Source: Methanobacteriota archaeon (GTDB taxonomy: Archaea; Thermoplasmatota; Thermoplasmata; SG8-5; DAIRED01). Taken from it: a stretch of 64,000 nt of DNA. The stretch lies in the NCBI GenBank assembly GCA_043799545.1, contig JAZDNO010000026.1:76340-140339 (forward strand). The letters run 5' to 3'. Below the pieces are notes generated by a model. That model ran no database searches. It was not told where the DNA came from and worked only from the letters and a program-made list of their open reading frames with translations. Below are positions 44,837 to 52,849 of the stretch, one piece after another (the first letter of the stretch is position 1; each line of letters begins with the position of its first letter). Both the position numbers and the translations under genes were made by a program.

Positions 44837-45727
44837 ATGATGCGGTACGGCAAGGCGTTTTGTCCAGGGCACGTCACTGGCTTCTTCGAGATTTGCGATT
44901 CAGACAGCGATCCATCGAGGAGAGGCTCCAGGGGAGCCGGGTTTTCCGCTGAGCTCGGTGCGGTCTCGCACGCCATGGTGGAGCCCAGAGATCACAGGAA
45001 AATCACGGTTGTAGTCCACGGGCTGGATGACTATGTCGGCGGGGACGTTTCCATCCGCGCCATCAAGCATCTCATCGGCGAGCGTAAGTTGAAGGTCGAG
45101 GTCGAGACCGACCTGCAGCTCCCGCTGAGCCAGGGGTTCGGGATGTCGGGGGCTGGAGCGCTCTCGGCAACGCTGGCGGTCGTCGCCGCAGTCGGAGACG
45201 AATACGGGCTGACCCGCGAGGACGCGATAAAGGCGGCCCACCTGGCCGAGGTGGAATCGAACACGGGACTGGGAGACGTCGCGGGCCAGTCGGTCGGCGG
45301 CTTCGAGCGCCGGCTGGAGCCTGGGCTTCCGCCCGATGGGAAAATCGCCAGCGCGAAGATGGACACCGAGGTCGTCCTTTGCGTCCTCGGGGGGGCGCTG
45401 GAGACGAAATCCGTGCTCGGTGACGCCGAGCAGCGCCAGAGAATCATCGAAGCCGGGCGCAAGGCCATGGGCGATTTCGGCCAGTCTGAAAACCTGAAGC
45501 GCTTCTGCGAGGTCTCGTGGTCGTTCGCCCGCGATGCCAGGCTCGCGACGCGGGAGATTGAGCGCGCCGTGGCGGACGCCAGTCCGCACGGATGCGCCAG
45601 CATGTCGATGCTCGGGCGCTCGGTCTTCGCCTTCGGGCACGCCGACGAGCTGGAGAAAGTCCTGCAGAAACACGGAAAGATGTTCAGATGCCGGATTGCG
45701 TCCGAAGGGGCGAAGGTTGTGGAATAG
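44837..45727 (+). CDS. pok: Pantoate kinase (GHMP family)
   Basis: AFCPGHVTGFFEI, SRGAG, LPLSQGFGMSGAGAL, AHLAEV...TGLGDV, SMLGRSVF; next to coaBC. Confidence 0.92.
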   Translation: MMRYGKAFCPGHVTGFFEICDSDSDPSRRGSRGAGFSAELGAVSHAMVEPRDHRKITVVVHGLDDYVGGDVSIRAIKHLIGERKLKVEVETDLQLPLSQGFGMSGAGALSATLAVVAAVGDEYGLTREDAIKAAHLAEVESNTGLGDVAGQSVGGFERRLEPGLPPDGKIASAKMDTEVVLCVLGGALETKSVLGDAEQRQRIIEAGRKAMGDFGQSENLKRFCEVSWSFARDARLATREIERAVADASPHGCASMSMLGRSVFAFGHADELEKVLQKHGKMFRCRIASEGAKVVE

Positions 45728-45749
45728 TTTAACTGAATGTCGAATCGCC

Positions 45750-46355
45750 CTAACGCTCTGGTCCGTAGGCTTTCTTCGTGGTCATCGCCGAGCCAATTCC
45801 CGCAGCCGCTATGGACTTGCAGATGTCCAGCCCGATGAACGGCAGGAAGCCCATGGCGAGCGCATCGCCGATTGATGCGTTGACGGCTACTGCGAGCCAG
45901 GCCGTCCCGAATAGTAGTATTGAGATGGACGATGCAACCATCAGTGGAAGCAGGTATTTCACCTTACGCGCCTCGAGCTTCTTCTCGGTCATCCATCCGA
46001 CGATGAAGGCGATGATGATGAAAGCGACCAGGTATCCGGCAGTCGCGCCCGTTGCGTACTCGACTCCCCCGTTCATCCCCTGGAACCATGGCATCCCCAT
46101 GACGCCTATGCCGACGTACATCAGCATGCTCGCTCCGCCCCAGTATGTGCCGAGCGCTACACCGGCCAGGAGGACTCCGAACGTCTGCCCCGTGAGTGGG
46201 ACCGGCGAAAATCCAAGCGGTATCCTGACCTGCGCCAGCAAACCGAGCAGGCAGGCGAATCCCAACGCCAGCATGACCTTCTGGACGAAATCCAGGCTGT
46301 ATCTCCATTCGTGGTACCTGTGCCTCAAGTGCGCGTAACCGTCGACAAGCTCCAT
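45750..46355 (-). CDS. bioY: Biotin transporter BioY (ECF S component)
   Basis: AQVRIPLGFSPVPLTGQTF, GVMGMPWF, TAGYL; SD GGTGA. Confidence 0.93.
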   Translation of the reverse strand: MELVDGYAHLRHRYHEWRYSLDFVQKVMLALGFACLLGLLAQVRIPLGFSPVPLTGQTFGVLLAGVALGTYWGGASMLMYVGIGVMGMPWFQGMNGGVEYATGATAGYLVAFIIIAFIVGWMTEKKLEARKVKYLLPLMVASSISILLFGTAWLAVAVNASIGDALAMGFLPFIGLDICKSIAAAGIGSAMTTKKAYGPER

Positions 46356-46441
46356 CTGTTCACCTTTGGTCGGGGAACGGCGATTACGTAATTAACCATT
46401 GTGCCCAGCCATGAGGACACTCTGGATGAACTGGCTCGCAT

Positions 46442-46738
46442 TCATTCGTAAAGCGTGAAGAGTTCGTCGTCCCCGCCCACGTCGAAGAGCCCCATCCTCG
46501 CCCCGCAATCGAGCCAGCCGTGCGCGTAGTTCACGCACGCGAACGCGTTGACCAGGTCGCCGGCTTCCCTGAAGTGCCTGGCGTCTTTGAAGTACGCCGT
46601 CGCCATAGCCATGAAGTCGTCCGCCAGCTTGCGGTTGAAGGAGCGCTCCGGAGCCGCCAGCTTAATTTTCGAGAGGGCTCTCTGAGTCTTCGCCAGATAA
46701 TCGTCGAGGTGCTTTTCCGTGATTCTGTCTGAAGGCAT
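46442..46738 (-). CDS. DUF357 domain protein
   Basis: MATAYFKDARHFREAGDLVNAFACVNYAHGWLDCGARMG; own TATA (TTATTAAG) at about 46763-46770. Confidence 0.92.
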   Translation of the reverse strand: MPSDRITEKHLDDYLAKTQRALSKIKLAAPERSFNRKLADDFMAMATAYFKDARHFREAGDLVNAFACVNYAHGWLDCGARMGLFDVGGDDELFTLYE

Positions 46739-47303
46739 GCAAAATCGGCAAGCGCTTCGCCCTTAATAACGCATCGGCGCGGGCGTTTAGCCTGTCGAAT
46801 ACGTCCGGGGTCCATCCCTCCGCAGCCAGGTGCTTCCGCCTGTCGCGCCAGGCCGAGAAGGCGTAGAGCGCGAGCAGCAACGCGTAGGCCGAGAACACGA
46901 CCGCCGGGGTGCCCCATGACCATCCCTGGAGCTGCACGCCCGGAAGGACTGGATAAAGGACGCGCGTCGTGAAAGTGCCCTCGTGGACCGGAATATCCAC
47001 GAGGATGTGCAGCAGCCAGGCCAAGAGCGCGGGGAGCAGCCGGGGCCGCACCCTCCAGACAATAGCGGCCACGATTCCGAACACGAGGAGGCTGTGGAAC
47101 AGGCGGTATACAACGAGTAACGACTGCGGGACTGTCGCCATGGCGTCGGCGTAATTCACGCTGGCCGTCACGTAGAAGAACAGGTAGAGCTCTATGAGCA
47201 GGAAGCCCAGGTCCGGCAGGACCGAGAAAACCAGGGCCTCGTCGCGCCACCGCTCGTCCCTCGCGTAGAGATTGGTGAACAGCAAGTGGAATATCGGGTC
47301 CAT
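46662..47303 (-). CDS. Membrane-bound metal-dependent hydrolase-like protein (YdjM-type)
   Basis: FH...SVLPDL...FHSLL...LLHILVDIPVH with hydrophobic helices; C-terminal tail overlaps DUF357 by 77 nt. Confidence 0.75.
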   Translation of the reverse strand: MDPIFHLLFTNLYARDERWRDEALVFSVLPDLGFLLIELYLFFYVTASVNYADAMATVPQSLLVVYRLFHSLLVFGIVAAIVWRVRPRLLPALLAWLLHILVDIPVHEGTFTTRVLYPVLPGVQLQGWSWGTPAVVFSAYALLLALYAFSAWRDRRKHLAAEGWTPDVFDRLNARADALLRAKRLPILHAFRQNHGKAPRRLSGEDSESPLEN

Positions 47304-47392
47304 CGAAAGGAAAATATGGATTTTCTAGCGTAAATAATGATTGGTAGGGGTTTTGTGAATGGTGACCCGTCCATCTATCATCTGATTTAGAG

Positions 47393-47579
47393 CCGCTGTA
47401 TCTACGACTCTCAACGAAGTACTAGCATGGTTGATTCTACAAGAGAGTCGATGAATCAATCCTCTATAACTTTGATAGACTCTCCGCAGAATCTACGACT
47501 CCCAGCAATATACCAGCATAGTTGATTCTGCTTAGCGAGTCCGTGAATTAATCTTCAATGACTTTAATGGACTCGCCGC
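47393..47579 (-). repeat. Two tandem 91-92 bp direct repeats containing the herA 3' end (GESIKVIED*) plus about 62 nt of downstream sequence
   Basis: GCGG junctions at 47579-47576, 47487-47484 and 47396-47393. Units are about 75% identical. Copy 47485-47456 reads gga gag tct atc aaa gtt ata gag gat tga versus native ggc gag tcc att aaa gtc att gaa gat taa. Confidence 0.9.
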
Positions 47580-49050
47580 CATGTTTCGTCTCCCTCGCCC
47601 TCACCTCGACTATCATCGGGAATCCGAGGTTCCCCCCGGCGATTAGAGCCATGCCGATGGGGAGGCGCTGGATCTCGTCGTCCATCCCCTTGGTCAGGCC
47701 CTCAATGGACGAAGTCACGGCCTTCAGGTCGAGCGGGTTCGTTATCTTGAGTATGAGCTGTGTGTTGCACTGGCTCAGGACGGATTTGTCCACGCGCGCA
47801 GGCCGCTGGGTGATTATGCAGAGCCCCAGGCCGAACTTGCGGCCTTCGGCCGCTATCGTGCGGATTATCTTGCTGCACGCCTTGACCTCGCCCTGGGGGC
47901 AGTAGTTGTGCGCTTCCTCGAACAAAACCATCATCGGCGGGACCTTCCCCTCCTTGCTCAGCTCATAAAGAGCCGTGGCCAGGCGGTTGACTATCATCTC
48001 GGAGATGTCCGCGTGCACCCCCCTCATGTTGAGGATGGTCGTCATCCCCTTCTGGACGATCTCGCTTATCTTCGTCCCGTTGGCCGCGAAGATGTCGATT
48101 TCCTTCAAATATTGCAGGTCGGATATCAGCGTGCCGCAGTCCACGTCCTCGTTCGCGTCCAGTATGTTGACCAGGTCGTCGATGGTGAAGTTCGGCTTGG
48201 CTGTCTTCAGGGCTTCGATGGCGCTCTTTAGCGTGGGAAGGACGTGCTTGATGTCCTTGACGTTGAGCAGCGAGAGCAGCTCCCTGGCATCCATGTTCGC
48301 CAGCGTGAATTTCAAAGGCTTGGCGTGCGGGTTGGCCTTGGTGTTGGGGGAGAACTCGACAACCTTGTCCTTGTAGCCCCTCGGCGTCACGCCGAAGCGA
48401 TGGGTCGTCGCGTCGCTCTTGCCGCTCTGGCCGAGCGTGGAATATTCGCCGTGCGGGTCCACGATGACGACCGTGACGTTGTGCTTCATCAGCTCCTCGA
48501 TAACCACGCCGCTGATGTAGGACTTGCCGCCGCCTGTCTTGGCGAGGATGCTCATGTGCTTGTTGACGAGCGTGTTGATGTCCAAAAACACCTGGAGGTC
48601 GTGCCCTTTCAGCAGCCCGACGTAAGCGCCGACCTTCTCTCCAGCCTTCAGCCCCAGCACCTGCCGTATCAATGAGTCCTCGGCCTTGAAAACCAGCTCG
48701 CCGGCCCGGACGGGCGTTCCGGGGCTCTGGAGAAGGTTGCGCTCGTCCCTGTACCCTATGACGCTCACGCTCGCCCTGACCTTCTCGTTTATCGGCATCG
48801 GTTGCCCGCTCGCCAGGCGCATGGCCCGCGCCTCTGAGAGGTCGCTGTGGCGCTCGACCTCCATGATTTGGCAGAGCATGTTCCCGTAGCTCTCGTGCTT
48901 CACCTGGACGTAGTCCATGCGCTCCAGCGGAGCCGTGACGCTGCAGCTGAAATCCTGCGTACCTATCTCACCGTAGACTATCCCCACTGGTTCCCCAGCT
49001 TCCGAAGAAGATTGCTCCTGAACAGTATCCGACGCAGCATCCACGCGCAT
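47548..49050 (-). CDS. herA: HerA-like FtsK/HerA family ATPase with N-terminal HAS barrel
   Basis: Walker A ILAKTGGGKS, IVDPHGEY, FEEAH, EGRKFGLG...ITQRP, SQCNTQ. Start at ATG 49050; the ORF-track extension is spurious. Confidence 0.9.
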   Translation of the reverse strand: MRVDAASDTVQEQSSSEAGEPVGIVYGEIGTQDFSCSVTAPLERMDYVQVKHESYGNMLCQIMEVERHSDLSEARAMRLASGQPMPINEKVRASVSVIGYRDERNLLQSPGTPVRAGELVFKAEDSLIRQVLGLKAGEKVGAYVGLLKGHDLQVFLDINTLVNKHMSILAKTGGGKSYISGVVIEELMKHNVTVVIVDPHGEYSTLGQSGKSDATTHRFGVTPRGYKDKVVEFSPNTKANPHAKPLKFTLANMDARELLSLLNVKDIKHVLPTLKSAIEALKTAKPNFTIDDLVNILDANEDVDCGTLISDLQYLKEIDIFAANGTKISEIVQKGMTTILNMRGVHADISEMIVNRLATALYELSKEGKVPPMMVLFEEAHNYCPQGEVKACSKIIRTIAAEGRKFGLGLCIITQRPARVDKSVLSQCNTQLILKITNPLDLKAVTSSIEGLTKGMDDEIQRLPIGMALIAGGNLGFPMIVEVRARETKHGGESIKVIED

Positions 49051-49162
49051 CCCATCCTGCTGTCTTGTATATAACGAATCTCGGATAAAAAGGTTTTCAT
49101 GCATTGGGGGCGAAGGAATAAATACGGTCTCGCGGTATCTAGAAATGGACATGGGTGACTGC

Positions 49163-52100
49163 ATGAGGTTCAAGGGATTCATCGCGGCGGCAGTTGGTTT
49201 CTTGGTGGTGTCGAGCGCTCTGATGGCCGTGCTTCCCGGGGGGGTGGCTGGCGCCGTCTGGAGCACGAATACCGTTGTAAACGAGCCGTCGGGCGCGCAG
49301 CAGAAAAACCCGAGTATGACCGCCGGTCCGGACGGCATCCTTCATTTCGCCTGGGTCGACAACCGGAACGGCGGCTCCGGCTCGGACATATTTTATTCGA
49401 TGAGCGGAGATAACGGCACATCGTTCCTTTACCCCAACATAGAGGTGAGCGAGGGGCGGCTGAGCGGCTACACCCATGGAGCGCCAGACATCGCCGTGAA
49501 CGCCAGCGGAACTGCCTTCGTGGCCTGGCACGAGTTCAACGGTCAGGACACGAACGTCAGGGTGGCGAGGAAAACCCCGTTCGCGGACGCGTTCCAGTCC
49601 CTGGGCATAATACACAAGGTCACCGACGGTAGCCAGGATTCGCCGTCCATCTCGTCGGGCGGAAGCAGCCTGGCAGTCGCGTGGAAAGACGGGCGGTCGG
49701 ACAACCTCGTGAGGATTTGGGACTCGGAGACAGGGGCGCTAGTAAAGGACTTGGCCGGCCACAACGGCTCTGTGACCTCGGTGGCCTTCTCCCCCGACGG
49801 AAAGAGGCTCGCCTCGTCCTCGGAGAGTGGAATAATAAAAGTGTGGAACGCGACCAGCGGGGCCCTCCTTTCAAACCTGACGGGGCATTTGGACATCGTG
49901 ACCTGCGTCGCATGGTCGCCGGACGGCTCAAAGCTGGCATCCTCGTCATGGGACCACACGGTCAAGATATGGAGCGCCGCAGACTACGCCCTCGTCAAAA
50001 CTTTGAGCAATTCGAACAACCCCGTCAACTCCGTAGACTGGTCTCCCGACGGCGCGCTCGTCGTCGCGGGCTACAACGGCGAGGGGATATACACCTCGGA
50101 GATTCCCGGGTTTCCGAACAGCCATTTCAACGTGACAGTCTGGAACGTCGCGTCTGGGACCGCCACCCTGGTGGGCGTGCATAACAACTCGGTCAACTGC
50201 GCGAGGTTCTCGCCAGACGGCGCGCACATCGCTTCTTCGTCCGGGGCAGTGAGCGACTCTTCGCTTGACAACTCCATCAGGATATGGAATGCGGGCTCGC
50301 TGTCGCTGGTTAGCGTAATCAACGTCGCGGGCGGATACGTCAATTCCGTGTCGTGGGGCCAAAACGGCATGCTCGCCGCGGGCGTCGAGAACGGTTCGGT
50401 GACGACCTACTGGAACCCCGCCATCAACAACACCGCCAGGGGGTTCATGTCCGCCGGGCCCGGAGCAGTGAAGGCCACAGACTGGCTGGCAAGCGGTCAG
50501 CGCATAGCCACCGGCGGGATGTCGGCGATAGCCACGGTCTGGAACTCAAGCTCGGCCGCGCGGGTCGCCGCGACGAGCCGAGGCGCCAACACCATACACG
50601 GGGTCTCGCTCTCGCCCGACGGGCGGTTCCTGGCGACGGGCAGCGGCAACTCGGCGCTATACAGGCGCTCGGAGAGCCATGTCTACTGCGCGGTATCTGT
50701 CAACGGTGGCGTCACCTGGCCTATCCAGACGAGGGTGGACTCGGTGGGCGCGTTCGAGCTCGGCTCGCCAAGCGTCAGCATCGGCGCGAACGGCGACATA
50801 GGCGTTGCCTGGTGGGAGGCCAGAAACGGGGGCACTCCGAACATTTACTATGCGAATTCCACGGACGGCGGAGCGACCTTCGCCCAGGACACGAGGCTGA
50901 GCGGCGGGGGCGGAGCCAAATTCGATCCATCCATTGCGCTTGATGAAAAGGGGGTCGGCCACGTCGCCTGGCACGATGAGAGGGACAAGGACATCACGGG
51001 CTACCTCGACCGTTTTGACATCTACTACGGCAGGTCGGATTCGCCGGGGGTCAACGTGCGCGTGAACGCAACCGCCGTGGATGTCCAGCAGCAGAGCGCC
51101 GACATAGACGTCTCCAAGAACGGCAGCACCGTGGCCATCGTTTGGGTGGAGGACAGCGTCTCCATCAAGGTCGCGCAATCGAACGACGGTGGCGCCTCCT
51201 TCGGACTGCCCTCGGTAATCAGCGACACCGCGGTGGGCGTGCGCTACCTGCCGACGGTTGTCATCGCAGGAGGACATGTCCATGCGGCGTGGGAGGATTA
51301 CAGGCGGGGAGACTCCAACGTCTACTTCTCCAGCACTGTCCAAAGCGACGAGTGGCCGCCATCGGTCATAGGCGTTCAGCCCGCGCCAGGGGCGGCGACT
51401 GTCTCGGCCTACTCGCCCATCGTCGTCAAGTTCTCCGAGCCCGTGAAACGCACTTCCTTCGAATCGGCGTTCCGGATATCCGACGGCACCACTGCATGGA
51501 CGGCCGAGAACCTGGTAATGACCTGGTCCGCTTACGGCAATTCCGTGTCCTTGGAGCCGTTTGGCTGGCATCTGTCGTATTACAGGACGTACACCGCGAC
51601 TATCTCGGCAACTGTGGAGGACATGAAATCCAACGTAATGGCCGCGCCCTATTCGTGGACTTTCTCGACCGGAAGCGACCTCGACGGTCCGCTGGTCAAG
51701 CTAGTTTCAGCTCCCGCGGAGGTGGACTACGGCGCAACGGCGACAGTCATGGTTTCCGTTGTCGAATACACCGGCATCGCAAACATCACATTGACCTACA
51801 AATTGAACGGAACTGGAGCCTTTGCAAGCACCGCCATGGTCGTCAACTCGGTCCATAACTACGAAGCGGCGATACCGGCCCAGGGAGTGTTGGGAACCAT
51901 CGTTTTCTACGTCTGGGCGAGCGACACACTGGGCAACATCGGCACCCTGCCAGCAAACCTGAGTGCCGACCGGTATCTGGAGATAAAGGTCGTCGACCGC
52001 ACGCCTCCCGAGATATCCCACACCCCGGTTGAAAGCCTCGAATTCGACCGTGAAGTCACGGTGAGTGCGATTGTGACAGACGGAATCGGCGTCACGGCCG

Positions 52101-52834
52101 TCAGCCTCGAATACAACACGGTTTCGAGCGACGTCGTCCACGTTTCGAACATGACGAACGGGCCCGTAGGCAGCGACTACACGGGTACGCTCCCGGTCCA
52201 GGGGAACATCGGAACTTACTCCTACCGCATCGTGGCCACCGATTCTTCGAACAACACGGCTTCGACATCGTTCTACAACGTCCTATCCGTCGACCTCCAG
52301 AGCCCGACCCTGACAACGCCCGTTGCGAGCCAGCAATCCGACGGAAGCATCCTGATCACAGTGACCGCCTCGGACAACCACGAGCTTGCGAGCGTCACGC
52401 TGCACTTCATCCCGGTGGGAGGCTCGCGCTACATCCAGAAGGACATGTCACCCGCAGGGCCGGCCGGAGAATACTCCGCGACCATCCTGGAGCAGGAGCA
52501 GACCGGCACGTTCAAGTTCTACGTCAACGCGACCGACCCGTCCGGAAACTCGGCCTCGTCCCTAAGCATGAACGACGGGAAGCCATACTCCCTGTGGGTG
52601 GAGGGAAAGCTGCCGCCGCTGTCCGTGATACTGGTCATCTCGCTCGTGGTCATAGCCATCGGGCTCGCGGCTCTGGTTTATCTTCTGAGAAGGAGGCGCC
52701 GGCGCCCCCGCGCGAAATCGGGAATCGTCGGCCAGCCAGAGCATCCGCTGGAGTCGGTAAACGTGCCTGTGAATGCGCCGCAAAAGCCCGGAAAGGCTCC
52801 GCCTGCCCAGGGCAAGCCCCCCAAAGCGGGCTGA
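49163..52834 (+). CDS. Membrane-anchored surface protein: BNR/sialidase-like propeller with inserted WD40 propeller, Ig-like domains, C-terminal TM and basic tail
   Basis: Signal peptide. WD40 repeats GHNGSVTSVAFSPDGKRLASS and GHLDIVTCVAWSPDGSKLASSSWD. Asp-box-like SxDGGxTF. Big_5-like domain and three tandem Ig/Fn3-like units. TM VILVISLVVIAIGLAALVYLL followed by RRRRRR. Confidence 0.88.
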   Translation: MRFKGFIAAAVGFLVVSSALMAVLPGGVAGAVWSTNTVVNEPSGAQQKNPSMTAGPDGILHFAWVDNRNGGSGSDIFYSMSGDNGTSFLYPNIEVSEGRLSGYTHGAPDIAVNASGTAFVAWHEFNGQDTNVRVARKTPFADAFQSLGIIHKVTDGSQDSPSISSGGSSLAVAWKDGRSDNLVRIWDSETGALVKDLAGHNGSVTSVAFSPDGKRLASSSESGIIKVWNATSGALLSNLTGHLDIVTCVAWSPDGSKLASSSWDHTVKIWSAADYALVKTLSNSNNPVNSVDWSPDGALVVAGYNGEGIYTSEIPGFPNSHFNVTVWNVASGTATLVGVHNNSVNCARFSPDGAHIASSSGAVSDSSLDNSIRIWNAGSLSLVSVINVAGGYVNSVSWGQNGMLAAGVENGSVTTYWNPAINNTARGFMSAGPGAVKATDWLASGQRIATGGMSAIATVWNSSSAARVAATSRGANTIHGVSLSPDGRFLATGSGNSALYRRSESHVYCAVSVNGGVTWPIQTRVDSVGAFELGSPSVSIGANGDIGVAWWEARNGGTPNIYYANSTDGGATFAQDTRLSGGGGAKFDPSIALDEKGVGHVAWHDERDKDITGYLDRFDIYYGRSDSPGVNVRVNATAVDVQQQSADIDVSKNGSTVAIVWVEDSVSIKVAQSNDGGASFGLPSVISDTAVGVRYLPTVVIAGGHVHAAWEDYRRGDSNVYFSSTVQSDEWPPSVIGVQPAPGAATVSAYSPIVVKFSEPVKRTSFESAFRISDGTTAWTAENLVMTWSAYGNSVSLEPFGWHLSYYRTYTATISATVEDMKSNVMAAPYSWTFSTGSDLDGPLVKLVSAPAEVDYGATATVMVSVVEYTGIANITLTYKLNGTGAFASTAMVVNSVHNYEAAIPAQGVLGTIVFYVWASDTLGNIGTLPANLSADRYLEIKVVDRTPPEISHTPVESLEFDREVTVSAIVTDGIGVTAVSLEYNTVSSDVVHVSNMTNGPVGSDYTGTLPVQGNIGTYSYRIVATDSSNNTASTSFYNVLSVDLQSPTLTTPVASQQSDGSILITVTASDNHELASVTLHFIPVGGSRYIQKDMSPAGPAGEYSATILEQEQTGTFKFYVNATDPSGNSASSLSMNDGKPYSLWVEGKLPPLSVILVISLVVIAIGLAALVYLLRRRRRRPRAKSGIVGQPEHPLESVNVPVNAPQKPGKAPPAQGKPPKAG

Positions 52835-52849
52835 GCGCGGGGTGCGCGC

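Noticed and set aside
46662-46738. Frameshift or fusion between the membrane hydrolase and DUF357
   Set aside because: DUF357 has its own TATA and a complete N-terminus. The 77-nt overlap is best explained by a non-conserved C-terminal tail.
47305-47547. Canonical Cdc6/Orc1 replication origin
   Set aside because: No ORB-like TCCAxTGGAAA...GGGG boxes were recognised and there is no adjacent cdc6 gene.
47456-47577. DGR template/variable region pair at the herA 3' end
   Set aside because: The differences are not adenine-specific (C>A, C>T, T>C, T>A, A>G), all are silent, and no reverse transcriptase is present.
47393-47579. CRISPR mini-array
   Set aside because: Only two units, about 75% identical across their whole length, with no repeat/unique-spacer alternation and no cas genes in the window.
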